Program-made: the position numbers and the translations under genes
Source of the DNA: Botryllus schlosseri
Lineage: Eukaryota
Assembly: GCA_051294905.1 (NCBI GenBank)
Contig: CM119372.1
Location: forward strand, 3,288,001 to 3,352,000
Reading direction: 5' to 3'
DNA: 64,000 nt
Notes under the pieces: model-generated
What the model was told of the DNA's origin: nothing
The model's database searches: none
Seen by the model: the letters and a program-made list of their open reading frames with translations, nothing else
Shown: one piece after another, positions 40,060-53,845 of the stretch
How the letters are laid out: every line of letters starts with the position of its first letter
Numbering within the stretch: position 1 is the first letter of the stretch

Positions 40060-43000
40060 ATGATACGGTTTTGTATCGCGTTGGCGATTGTTAGTATAGC
40101 AGGTGAAGATAATAATACATCAATTCAACTATATGTAATGGAGATGACCTATATGTTATCTCCGTGGAGATACTGTACGCTTTGCGTGGTTAAGCACAAG
40201 TTAACTTTGACAATTTTAAACACTCAATTTCGAAATCAGTAACTTTATACCAGCTGGAGTCAAGAGGGTTTATATTACATGAAATTTTGATGTAAAAAAA
40301 AATCGAAGGAACCTTGAAAACTGATGAAAAAATGAGTAGAGTAGATGAAGATATACCCATGCATATCATAGGAAATATTTATTTGACAATGCTGTATATC
40401 ACGCTGTACAATTAGATCGGGTCTTTCATCAATTGCTCCGTATCGCTAAAATACGGGAGATTGACGGCTGAAACGTGCGTGGAAAATTTAGGCGCGGTGT
40501 AAGAATCATCACAAGAGATGCGAAATAAATAGCTTCCACACTCCCGACGCTGATGTAGTCAAACAAGATAGAGCCGAACCCCTATAATAATGTGTGTATA
40601 TATGCATTTAGTTCTTACACTGTTCCGAACATATTAATTGCTATTCCCCGGTTGATGCATTTGACGACGGTCAAAAAGTCAGTATGTACTTCAGCATTGT
40701 GGCATAATGTGGACCCAGTTGTCGCTAAGTATCGTGTACGTACATTAATATATTAATTCACTGACATGTAGGGTTGGAATTAGCAATACGACGACGGTGA
40801 CGAGGAGATAGCGCAGTGGTATAATCCACAGCTGCAAAACCAACAGTTTACGGGAGGAGTCCGACCGAGGTCGACTCCAGAATTTCTCTAAGTGTTGGAG
40901 GTTTATCGAGGCTCTTCCTCGCCACCTCATCCGTGTAAGCGATGTCTTTTGAGTGCCTAGAAATGCATCGACCATGCTACCAGTTGGTAGCTAGGGAATA
41001 AAACTGAAGGAAATTTGCCTGGTGTAAAATGAATGTTGTAGTCGAAAAACACCATGAATATCCCAAAAAATATGACGTTAGTGACGTCATGAGGTTCACG
41101 TTCGCGTTCACACATAACCTTTCAAAAAGGTTCGCGTTCACACGAACCTGAACCTTTCCGAGGTTCACACCATCCCCAGACCATTATCCATTCTGTTTCA
41201 AGGCAGTATCTCCGCCGGTCACGATAACTTTTGAGCAGAGTCGGACAACTAGACAATTTTCAGCTATTATAAATTAGATTAGTATTGGGAAGTTTGTTCA
41301 GTTCCTTTCACGATTAGAAGTGCTCAATTCACAAAATTAATTAATTCCGAATCAGGAAGAAATACGACACAAGTCACGTTCATATCAAATCACAGTTCAT
41401 TCCCATATGCATAAAAATAGTAAATGTATGTGCACCAAGTTTGGTTCGTTTCACACTATACTGTTTTCCCGTTACATTTTCAGGAAAGCAGAAGTTAGAA
41501 TCGAATTACAATTAGAGCATAAATATATTTTAATGGTTAGGATAGAATTAAAATACCCATTAATTAGACAAGTCCAAGTTTGCTTTTAACTAGTTATCCC
41601 ACTTATCTGCCCCTTGCGAAATCGTGACCACTAGCGATTATACGGTCTTACAAACGACAATAATTTCCAGGGGCAATGAATGACACAACTACGGAAATTG
41701 ATGTTACTCCGCTTTCAACCACAAACGAATCAGTTGACGCTGGTTTGACAACTTGGCTCACAAATGTTTTCGGTGGAGAGAGAATACTGTATGTCCTTAT
41801 CGTGACGATATTTTTTATTCTGGTCTCACTGATTCTCGCGGTGTGTTTGATCTGCAAAAGGTAAGAAATTCCTCATGTCTGCATACCGTTTCCTGTTACG
41901 GAGAACAATGTGTATATGTGGTGTTACATTGAAAGCAAACATGATAAAACAAGGCCCTTGTTTAATAAATGTTTTTTATTGTTTTTTTTAAGCCATGACG
42001 TCTGGAATATTCAACTGTGACGTCATAGTGGATTGACATTGAACATTGAAAATATAGGGTAAATATAGCTCCTTTGATGAAATATCTACGTACTATAGCT
42101 GTTGAACCGATTATTTTGAGGTCTCCAACCATCCCATATCGTATACGTCGGCTATATCGGGTGGCAATCGCCCGTAGCCTCATACAACATGTTTTTGAAA
42201 AGTATTTACGCAATTATGGCATAATTTAAATATACAACTTTAAAAACACAATTTAAAGGCCTTTGTTTAAAACACATATTAAACAAAGTATTTCAAACCA
42301 CCATCTGTATTAAATGCAACCCTATCTATATGTACTGTATATGGTTGCGTGGGATTTGAGGAAATGAGCATGAGCATGTATCACAATCACGAACGACACT
42401 TGAGCAACGAGAACGCAACACCTTCGCATATGACACTTCAGCATGCGACTTTATAACTCATACCCCGAGCCCAACCCAACACACACTGTGCAATACTGAG
42501 TTTTATCGTTGCGAAAGGCCATTGCGGGCATAACCTATACATTTACCCCGCCATTCGTTCAATAATACCTAGAATTGAATTTCATTCGCTCTAAGAGCTG
42601 CTCACTCGATTGTACCTAACACGGATTAGTTGAACATGCCACAATTGTCTGAAATATATCGTAAATCAGCATGGGTCTACGTATTCTGAACTCCGACCTA
42701 GCTGTCACGAGATGTCTGTGGCGCGTTTGTAATGACTGGAGTCATGACATGACCCAACTCGAGTCCCACTGCAGTCGAAAATTTTCAGTGAATCAACTTA
42801 ACTTGAGTGACACTTTGTGTATTGACTCGACTTTAATTCGAGTCTTTGCGCATGATTCGACCCAGTCATATATATATATATACGACCCACGACAAATCGA
42901 CCCTGAAACTGTCTTTTATACGTTTAAATAATAGGGCTGTTCAAAAATAACTTTTTTCCCGGATTCCAGCCATTCACTGATTAAATTGTCAGGTTACCCT

Positions 43001-46000
43001 AAAAAACGCTGCACACCAAATTTGGTTCAATTCTAACAAGTATAGGACTCCGCAGATCCAATTAAATTATTTAATTTATTATGGATCATTGAAGAAAAAA
43101 AATTCAAATTTTTCTGCCGACCCCATGAAATTGTTGAGCTGTCTTCAAAGACGTTGCAAAACAAATTTGAGTCAATTCCGACCAGTAGAAGCGGAATTAT
43201 GTGAGTTTTTCGATGATAATCCTCGGATTAGCCTTGATCGGTGGATAATCCGGGATTTATCAACGAAAAACTCACATAACTCCGCTTCTACTGGTCGGAA
43301 TTGACTCAAATTTGTTTTGCAACGTCTTTGAAGACAGCTCAACAATTTCGTGGGGTTGGCAGAAAAATTTGAATTTTTTTTTTTAGTTTTCCATGTTAAA
43401 TTAAAAATTTTAATTGAATTGGATCTGCGGAGTCCTATACTTGTTACAATTGAACCAAATTTGGTGTGCAGCGTTTTTAGGGTAACCTGACAATTTAATC
43501 AGTGAATGCCTGGAATCCGAAAAAAAAGTTATTTTTGAACAGCCCTATTAAATAAATAATCTTGTGTAGTGTAGAAGTGGTGTAGTGTTGTGTTGTGTAG
43601 ATGTAGCCAGAGTGGCCATTGTTGGCACTCAACTCAAGTAGAAGTAGAAGTAACGACGTAAATTCACACTCAAGTACAAGTAGAAGCAGATATTTCGAAG
43701 TATGCAAAATAATAATTATTGTATGCCTATAGTTTTGGCTAAAAAACTGAAAATTGTGAAGTAGAAGTCGTCTAAAATCATACTCTATTCAGCTAATAGT
43801 TCAAATTGACAAAACATACTTCAGTACTTCGACAAAGTATAAATACTTCTTCACTGGCCATATCTGGTGCAAAGTAAGAGAAATGAGTATATTATGAATT
43901 CGACAAACTCATCCCATCCGAGTACAGTTGTAAAAAACGAGTGGAACACTACTAGAACTCGAGACTGGACCGCAATAAGCAGTGCGACTTGGATTCTGAC
44001 TTGACCCTTTTAACCCTGACTTGAACTCGGGGAATAGAAAACGACTCGAATTGACAACAGTGAAACTATAAAAGTAAGACCGACTTGTGACTTGGAATCT
44101 TTTGAAATGGTTAGAACCCTGGTTTGTGGTATATAAATCAGAAATTATGCTCTACACGCGTGACGGATGTATCCCCATATATATGTTTCGGGCCATAAAT
44201 TAGTGTTACCATACGTCCTCCTTTAGGAGGATTTGTCCTCTGAGGACGCCTAAATGGCCTCCTTTTTGGCAATTCTTGTCCCTTTACAGCTTTTAGAGCT
44301 TCGATAGTGGATAGATTCGAATGAAAATGGGGATAAATGACGCTAAATAGGAAATTCGTCGTTCGAACGAAAGTGACGACTTTTGTTTTTAGTCAACCAA
44401 CCACAATTTCGTGGAAAATTTACCATTTCTTCCGGATTTTACTCCAGTATTCTGAATCTGAAAATTTTGAAAAAGTGTCCTCCTCTCCCGATTCCAAAAT
44501 ATGGTAACCCCACCATAAATTCAATCTTACGGCTCTGAAGTTAAAAGGCATACATAGTTTCTCGGTGATTTACAGTCAAGTGTCTAGTTCGAAAAACAAA
44601 GACCCCAAGAGACGGCGAGAAGCGTCGTCAGAAAAACGGAATATCGACGAGGAGCATTTGCAGTCATCTCATAGTCACGATGCGGCATCATCTTGCTCAC
44701 ATGACTCCTTTAACGGCAGCGAACATGGTGTCACAGATAACGTCCGTACTCCGATCGAGAACAGTCCTGCTGTGGAAGTGAATATGAAACAGGTGACATC
44801 CTTTTTCGTGCGTTGGTGGCAGTAATGGCTTCCTGAGTATGGTATGTAGAACGAATCATGCATGTTTGGTGAACATTGGCCGACTAGACGATAATGCCAA
44901 CAGTCTGTCGCGCAGGCGTAGGCCTATTTTCCTTCCAACTAATCAGTACTCTGTAGTTTGTATATACGAGACCACGGTATTTCAAAACCCACCATGGGAT
45001 TAGTCATAGCATAAACAAAGTAAACATGATTAATATAAATGTTCGACTCAGTAGCGTCATGGGCCTATATCGGAAGATCATCATATCTCAAAGCCGAAGA
45101 GGAAACAGTGTTTTTCTGAACCACATGAATATCTATTGGATATTGGTCTATGTTGTGTCCTATACTCGCCTACTGAATATTGGCAAATCACCTTGGCCAG
45201 ATGTCCCAACAGTGACCAGAGGGGGTCAGTAACGAAGTACTTCTACTTTTTGAAGTACTTGAAGTAGATTTTGCCTACTCACACTACTTTTTAAGTAGTT
45301 ATGATTTTAGACTACTTCTACTTCTACTTGACAGTTTTCAGTTTTGTAGGCAAAAATAGGCGTAGAATACCTACTTACTTACTTACTTGTGAACCACCAC
45401 TCCTACTTCTACTTGAGTAGAAATTTCGGCGTTACTTCTACTTCTACTTGAGTAGCGACGATGACTACTTTGACCACCTCTGACAGTGACTAACTACATT
45501 TGCACTGAATTCCCTTCTGTGTATAGACGGGAATTAAGGAGTATAGCCTGTTCAAATCGATCTTCATGAATCAGCGTCTTTTGCCTAACCAAAAGGTGTA
45601 AATGAAACCTTGTGTTTCATCGTTATACACCAGTGGTTCTTAACCTTGCCTCCAGCGCCCCCTAGGGGCGCTAGCGATTTTGAAGGGGGCGGAAACGCTC
45701 AGGGGGCGATATGAGGGGCGCTGAAGAAAAATGGCTTCGCAGTAAATGATGATGTAGTAGTAGTAGGACATATCCTTGGTGAGTATTCAGAGCAAATTAA
45801 CATTCCACAAAACATGTCAAATATCGAAATTTTTAGTCGCGCTGCGCGGCGACATTTGCTACATATATTTTCATAAATGTAGTGGGATATTATAATTCAT
45901 ATAAAATGGATTGCGCGTACTGTTAGATTGCCAATTTCCCCTTAAAACACTACCGTCACGCTCGCTGGGGTTATTTTCAACAAAATGTTTCGAACTTGGT

Positions 46001-49000
46001 ATTATATCCTGCAGTGAGAGCAGTGAGAGCCCCTTGTACATAAAATATGCTCTGAAGCTTTGTGCACGAAATGAATAACTAAATATGCTTGTATTTGACA
46101 GCTACAAAATCAAATCGTCAGAATATTTCTTCATCGTATCATAAAGGAAATGATACTATCGAGTGTTGTGGTCCACAACCTCACATTAACATTAAATAAT
46201 ATGAGTTGCTCCGTTTGGAATACCTTTATGGTAAAGTTATTAACTGGGTACAGTACTAGATTCAATGTGAGCAGATATATGCATCCCATTCACAGTTAAC
46301 TTACTTAGTCACACAAAGCACTAAAACAAAAACCAATACCATTAATTTCCCCGTATTGCCAATCGCAGATGTGAATTTGGGATGCGTACATCTGGCTCGA
46401 ACCACAGGGTATGAGACCGTACCAGATTGTTGTTATAATAACCTAGATTTGACCCTGAATATACCACATACAATCATTGTATGGTTTATTATTGTTAAGT
46501 TGTCCTCGAGCGCGATTGAATCGCAAAATATTTCCAATCTTAAGTCCCGAAAAGACCGACTGGATTTGACCTCTTCCCAGGACCGAAACTGCTGCAACCC
46601 AAACCCACAATTGCGTGAGCTCGAAGGTTGCCCTAAATTATTTTGGTGAATGAACATAAATTACACATCATGTTTTGACGACTCCTCTCGAAAAAATACG
46701 CCTAATTATAGGAAATAGAAATAGGCATTTCGGCGTCGGCCATTGTAACGCCACGATGCACGAAGACAAATGAAGTTCCTGCCAATATGGGACTCCGAGA
46801 AGTGTGCCAAAAAGATTGTCAGCGAGAAACCCATAGCCGAAGAGGATTGCCCCGTAAACTTCGATGTATACAAGTCTGATTGTCCATAGGTGCAAAACTC
46901 GCCCGTGCTGAATTATCACGTCGTCACAATCTGCACCACACAGCGGCAGTGTTGGGATGACTCGAGTCAGTCAACTTTTTCGTATGACTTGACTTGACTC
47001 GAGTCACTTTGGAAAAATGACTTGACTTGACTTGAGTCGGAGCTTCAAGAATGTACATTGACTCGTGACTCGGAGCAAAATTTACGAGTCAATTTCAAGT
47101 CATCAAGTAAACGGTGTCGAAGAAATCACTGTATCTTGTGTATGTTCGGATTGTTCGAGATACGCCAGTGTCACTTGTGAGAGCAACTATTCATTCACTG
47201 ATCCTACGTTACACTATCATCCATTGTTAGATCACAAATAAATTGACCGCAAACTAAACGATCACAGCTTACGCTGTCGAAGTAGTAGTAGAAGATTAAT
47301 CTAAGTAGCAATGTGTCTCTGTTTCTTAGACGGCTCGATGCTTACGTTGCGCAGTGCTCACATGTACCAACCCTCTTGTATGATTTAAATCGAACAAATA
47401 TAGTTTGTGCGTGTAAATTCTCACCGATGTGTAGATGGGTAGTGTAGGTTATTGTACCATATCAATTTGTTTCAACTACTCGAAGCTTCGTATTAGGTCC
47501 AATATTTTGGGTGATAATAACTGACTGTAGCATGTAGCTGTACAGTTACTCACGTATTTTATTACCAGTTCTACGTGTGCGTGAGGGATACAACGTCTGT
47601 TTGCATATATATTTAACTAAATATTCGTTATTTGATTTAAGATAAATGATCAATTATTCCGTCTTTCACACAGATAGAAGAATGTAATGAGTTTGAATCA
47701 TCACTCATACTTCGAAAATCCAATTTTACTTGAATTGGGACTTGACTCGTGACTTGACTTGACTTGACTCGACTTGACTCGAGTCAACTCCAAACATAGA
47801 GTGACTTGACTTGACTCGAGTCACCTTTGAAAATCGATTGACTTGACTTGACTCGAGTCAAAATGTACAATGACTCGTGACTCGAAGGTAGCGACTTGAT
47901 CCCAACACTGCCTACAGGACAAATAACATCCATCAGAGAAAAATTATTTTTCCAGTGAAGAAATACCAATTTTGAATCATGTGCTTATTTAAGTTTATTA
48001 CGTTTATGCGTTTCAATATCTTTTGACTATATAGCGGACAAGAGGTAACAAAATATCAACATGTAATGAAGTAATTTTACTAACGGGCACGCCCGAACAT
48101 GTTTAATTATTAATTACGTGGCCTTCATTTTCCAAGACAACAGCTCACTCAGAGCTACTGGTAAATCTTATTATGTGGGCTGAGAGGATAAGACATATAA
48201 ATGAAATTACCACCTGTTCATTCGTGCATTAAAGAAAATTTTGGCGCCGAGGGCAACCAGGCCACACAAACTTTGCTGACCATCGAAATCACGCGACGGG
48301 ATTTTTGAGAGCAAAGCCCCCAGACGTTTTTTTCATCACGCTGTGGTTGCCCAAGCCCCTCGTTTTTAGGGGAACTGACGAAGTGCTGTTACGTAGGGTT
48401 ACCATATTTTGGAATCGGGAAAGGAGGCCCCATTTGCAAACTTTTCAGTCTTGCAATACGTTAGTAAAATCCGGTAGAAATGGTAAATTTACCACAAAAT
48501 TGCGGTTGGTTGACTAAAAGAAGGGTCAACTTTCAGGCTCAACTCCCGAAATACAGTTTTTCTTCTAGATTTTCCGTTGGTTGAGTAAAAAAAATTCGTT
48601 GCTTACGTTCGAACCACGGTTTCCTGTTTAGCATCATTTATGCCCATTTTCACTCGAAAATATCGACCATCTTAGATCTAAAAGCTGTCAAGGAGGACGA
48701 ATTGCCATAAAGGAGGACATTTAGGCGTCGTCGAGGGATATTTTCAAAAATCTGAAAAACGAGAATAATATGGGGGTGGGGGCGCTAGAGCACGATCATT
48801 TTTGAAAGGGGGCGCTGGATGATAAAAGGTTAAGAACCACTGTTATACACGGACTCAAATGTGGGAATACTCTACGCGACTTATAGAATCAACAGAGCTT
48901 ATATCATCATTGCCATAATTGGATAGTATAGTAATTTGCCGTGTGAATATCCTAACACAAACTATATTTAGTCACCAACACCAGACAAACTCTTCCTAAA

Positions 49001-49671
49001 ATATTTCACATTAGCAAAAAAGCATATCCCAGTTTAGATCATGACGACAAGTTCGATTTTCGTATGTTCACACCCTATCAAAAATGATGGCTTTTTGCAC
49101 CAATGCGTCTTTTATTGGATAAATTAAGTCTACAATAATCGACAGACGGTAGAAGCTTTTCACATATTCTTATTGGACGTCTTATAAGATGTTGCTGTTT
49201 GGACAGATGAAGTCTACATTCAAGAATCGTGGAGGCTCATACGAAGACGTCCCTCTGCCAAACTGCTTCCCGCCACCTCCTAGCGCGCAGGAAAGCACGC
49301 CAATCTTGAGGCAAGAATCGCATGTTGCCAATAACGAGTCCTGCAGCAGAGAAAGCATCGGAGACCAAGCGATCCAAACCACCGAAAGCAAACTCCCAGC
49401 CGCTGACGAAGATGATGACGGACTCTATGATAAACTGAACGGACATTTGACCCAGGAAGCTGCCTACGCGAGTCGTAGCTCGCTTGATTCAGATCGATCA
49501 GAAAGCATTCCCATTCCGGCAGGAAAACCAGAAGCGACCATGTACGAAGACGTAAGTGAAGTACTCAAGGATGCAAGAGATTATAAATATACAAAAATCG
49601 TACCGAAAAAATCAGCGTCTGATAAAGACAATCCAGAGGAGGTTTTGTATGATCAAGTAAACAAGGAGTGA
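40060..49671 (+). CDS. Type-I single-pass membrane protein, 304 aa, transmembrane-adaptor-like with tyrosine-motif tail
   Basis: Phase-consistent exons 40060-40102 (signal peptide), 41671-41860 (Thr-rich ectodomain, TM, CLIC), 44576-44792, 49207-49671 (alternative in-frame acceptor 49189); 915 nt; AATAAA at 49757 and 49948. Confidence 0.85.
40797..41070 (+). mobile_element. tRNA-derived SINE inserted in a family A MITE fragment (~40640-41178)
   Basis: A-box-like TAGCGCAGTGG, shared body and 3' end, A tail; host sequence AATACGACG/AATATGACG repeated on both sides. Confidence 0.75.
42932..43547. mobile_element. Foldback (palindromic) hAT-type MITE family C
   Basis: ~300-bp near-identical inverted arms TAGGGCTGTTCAAAAATAAC...GTTATTTTTGAACAGCCCTA; exact TSD TTAAATAA. 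Confidence 0.92.
44201..44512. mobile_element. hAT-type MITE (family F related)
   Basis: TAGTGTTACCATA...TATGGTAACCCCA; exact TSD CCATAAAT; inverted relative at ~48394-48735. Confidence 0.85.
45217..45482. mobile_element. MITE family G (CTACTT-rich)
   Basis: CAGAGGGGGTCA...TGACCACCTCTG; exact TSD ACAGTGAC; relative at ~43608-43867. Confidence 0.85.
45631..48842. mobile_element. 3.2-kb Buster-type composite element
   Basis: Perfect TIRs CAGTGGTTCTTAACCTT...AAGGTTAAGAACCACTG; exact TSD TTATACAC; contains pieces of families E, B and F. Confidence 0.88.
46947..47910 (+). mobile_element. MITE family B (GACTT/GACTCGAGTC subterminal repeats)
   Basis: CAGTGTTGGGAT...ATCCCAACACTG; inverted full copy at 62704-63649; right part repeated at 51896-52549. 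Confidence 0.88.
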
Positions 49672-50447
49672 ACCCCATTCTTCATGCCTTTATCTCTTGT
49701 GGACGTATATTGACTATTATTTTACGATGCAGTTCAATTGGGGGCAGGGAAGTAGGAATAAATGAACGGTAGCCAATTGATAGTGGCGCAGTATGCGGAG
49801 AACAATACTACCGTGGTTGCGTATAGCTGTGTTGGCATTTCACAGCACTCGTTTTTCATGTATTCCATCTCACTATCCGATTGTTATCAGCATTTGATTT
49901 TCATTACCAAACTTCGAAGTTCGGTACATCGATATCTTCTTCGTGTTAATAAATGTTAATAGAAAGGTGGAGCCAAACATGGTCTCTACAGCAGTATATA
50001 TGCCTACCCAATAAGCTGTGATACATCGGTGACGTCGGGTCAGGGGAGGCAAGTGAGGAAGTACTTCACCTGTCGTCAGGATGAGTGAACGAAAATTGTG
50101 AAACCGCCAATTGCTATTAGTATTTTCAATCGATGTTCCTGAATGAAAAGATTCTGAACATTTTTCTCCCAAAATCGCACAATTTGCACATTTATTGTTT
50201 GAAAATAAAGCGCGAAACGAGAGGTAAGGCACCGACGACGGGCCAGGCCTCGCCATTGATAACGCCATTTATCGTAAATAGCTTAGAATTTATTGTAGCT
50301 GATATAAATCGAATGTAACTGTAAAGATTCCGAAAAGCTTCTCAACTCTCAAATTATGCGGCAGTGACATATAACGTTGCCCTTCACGCCTACATTTCAT
50401 CGCCGGTACTACAGAGCTATTTACCAACCATGCAAGAACGTGGATAG

Positions 50448-51437
50448 TAGGGATGGTGTGAACGTGCGGTTCACGTTCGCGTTTTGTGTGTGAACCTCGA
50501 AAATGTTGAGGTTCACGCTCACAAACGAACCTTGGTAGGTTCTAGGTTCGGCACTGTGAACGTTATTCATATTTTACTATTTTTCACGTCATTATAACAT
50601 CTTTGGTTGAAATTATTTGCATGTCAACTTCGCACCACTATGCATGGCGCTGGCAGCATTAAAAAAATCAACACCAAACGGGCATGCATCTTGACAATCT
50701 CAAAACTTTTACTTGCTTTGTTACAAACGTTTGCTCTAAATATCCAGCTTTCCGTTTGTGAATATTTATTGACTCTCTGCTGTGAGCTTGACTCGCAATC
50801 ACACAACACCAACAGCGAAATACACTACAAGTACGTAGTCAGCGAATGATGCTTATTCTAACCAATCAATGAAATTCATATCGTAGTCTGATGTAAAATA
50901 TCTAGCAGGCGTACGTGGTCAATCTTGATTTCATACGCTTATTGCATCATAAAAACCAAATTCGTGCGATTGGAGTGTATTTACTACTGCTGTATAACTT
51001 GTTAGTGGGGTAATATAGGTTGAGAAGTAGAGAAACCCGTTTTACACTCTTCTTAATATCAGCGTAGCAATACTCAGACGCCGAATACATTATACGGTCT
51101 GGCCTAGACCGTCAAAGCGTATAAGCTTATATTCCCTTGCAAGTCCTCGTCGAAATTCTTGGCAAAGCGACGATTTTAATGGGATTATTATATCATTTGA
51201 TTGCCCCAGTTGATACATATGGCGGGGTTTTAAACGACAGTATGTACTTCAGCATTGTTGCATTATGTGGCCCGAGTAATCGCTTAGGTATCGTAGGCTA
51301 TCACCTCACTGAAATGTTGGAATTAGCAATATGACGTCACGTGACGTCATGAGGTTCACGTTCGCGTTCACGCTGAACCTTTCAAAACTGTTCGCGTTCA
51401 CAAGAACCTGCACCTTTCAGAGCACATACCATCCCTA
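50448..51437 (+). mobile_element. hAT MITE family A, intact (duplicate at 55087-56075)
   Basis: TAGGGATGGT...ACCATCCCTA; exact TSD GTGGATAG. Confidence 0.92.
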
Positions 51438-53845
51438 GTGGATAGCTATGACGTTATTTGTAATTCGAGGTTGTAGCCTAATTTAGCATGCAACGTCCAC
51501 TACAGTTCGCGCCGTAGATCAGGAAGATAATGTGTATTTGAAAACTGCGTTATTGTCATATGGGCGTGGGCTTCGTTATGTCTGCTATTCTCTTTGACCA
51601 ATCAACGTATCGTGCAATCCAAGATTCCGAGTCGGGTACATCCAATTCGCGAGTGATATTGGTCGCCGGCAGGACGGTATATATTTATTTTGCCACGAGA
51701 ATAATTAGTCTGGCCGTGCTGAAAATTTACCAACAAGTTGCTACAATTTTGGTCAATTCAGTACAAAAATAAATTTTTGGCAAAGAGCGATATCTTATAC
51801 CCAAAATAGTCATATATGGCTTGATAGCCATAGGTTCCCGACCACTGGTCTAGGCCCTAGAGCCAAGGGCTCCATGAACCAGTCTCAGAGTCCCGAACGA
51901 TCACAGCTTACGCTGTCGAAGTAGTAGTAGAAGATTAATCTAAGTAGCAATGTGTCTCTGTTTCTTAGACGGCTCGATGCTTACGTTGCGCAGTGCTCAC
52001 ATGTACCAACCCTCTTGTATGATTTAAATCGAACAAATATAGTTTGTGCGTGTAAATTCTCACCGATGTGTAGATGGGTAGTGTAGGTTATTGTACCATA
52101 TCAATTTGTTTCAACTACTCGAAGCTTCGTATTAGGTCCAATATTTTGGGTGATAATAACTGACTGTAGCATGTAGCTGTACAGTTACTCACGTATTTTA
52201 TTACCAGTTCTACGTGTGCGTGAGGGATACAACGTTTGTTTGCATATATATTTAACTAAATATTCGTTATTTGATTTAAGATAAATGATCAATTATTCCG
52301 TCTTTCACACAGATAGAAGAATGTAATGAGTTTGAATCATCACTCATACTTCGAAAATCCAATTTTACTTGAATTGGGACTTGACTCGTGACTTGACTTG
52401 ACTTGACTCGACTTGACTCGAGTCAACTCCAAACATAGAGTGACTTGACTTGACTCGAGTCACCTTTGAAAATCGATTGACTTGACTTGACTCGAGTCAA
52501 AATGTACAATGACTCGTGACTCGAAGGTAGCGACTTGATCCCAACACTGCCTACAGGACAAATAACATCCATCAGAGAAAAATTATTTTTCCAGTGAAGA
52601 AATACCAATTTTGAATCATGTGCTTATTTAAGTTTATTACGTTTATGCGTTTCAATATCTTTTGACTATATAGCGGACAAGAGGTAACAAAATATCAACA
52701 TGTAATGAAGTAATTTTACTAACGGGCACGCCCGAACATGTTTAATTATTAATTACGTGGCCTTCATTTTCCAAGACAACAGCTCACTCAGAGCTACTGG
52801 TAAATCTTATTATGTGGGCTGAGAGGATAAGACATATAAATGAAATTACCACCTGTTCATTCGTGCATTAAAGAAAATTTTGGCGCCGAGGGCAACCAGG
52901 CCACACAAACTTTGCTGACCATCGAAATCACGCGACGGGATTTTTGAGAGCAAAGCCCCCAGACGTTTTTTTCATCACGCTGTGGTTGCCCAAGCCCCTC
53001 GTTTTTAGGGGAACTGACGAAGTGCTGTTACGTAGGGTTATCATATTTTGGAATCGGGAAAGGAGGCCCCATTTGCAAACTTTTCAGTCTTGCAATACGT
53101 TAGTAAAATCCGGTAGAAATGGTAAATTTACCACAAAATTGCGGTTGGTTGACTAAAAGAAGGGTCAACTTTCAGGCTCAACTCCCGAAATACAGTTTTT
53201 CTTCTAAATTTTCCGTTGGTTGAGTAAAAAAAATTCGTTGCTTACGTTCGAACCACGGTTTCCTGTTTAGCATCATTTATGCCCATTTTCACTCGAAAAT
53301 ATCGACCATCTTAGATCTAAAAGCTGTCAAGGAGGACGAATTGCCATAAAGGAGGACATTTAGGCGTCGTCGAGGGATATTTTCAAAAATCTGAAAAACG
53401 AGAATAATATGGGGGTGGGGGCGCTAGAGCACGATCATTTTTGAAAGGGGGCGCAGGATGATAAAAGGTTAAGAACCACTGTTATACACGGACTCAAATG
53501 TGGGAATACTCTACGCGACTTATAGAATCAACAGAGCTTATATCATCATTGCCATAATTGGATAGTATAGTAATTTGCCGTGTGAATATCCTAACACAAA
53601 CTATATTTAGTCACCAACACCAGACAAACTCTTCCTAAAATATTTCACATTAGCAAAAAAGCATATCCCAGTTTAGATCATGACGACAAGTTCGATTTTC
53701 GTATGTTCACACCCTATCAAAAATGATGGCTTTTTGCACCAATGCGTCTTTTATTGGATAAATTAAGTCTACAATAATCGACAGACGGTAGAAGCTTTTC
53801 ACATATTCTTATTGGACGTCTTATAAGATGTTGCTGTTTGGACAG

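Noticed and set aside
46947..47910. GACTT/GACTCGAGTC arrays as a CRISPR or satellite
   Set aside because: 5-10-bp units without unique spacers, confined to the ends of TIR elements; no cas genes; eukaryotic context.
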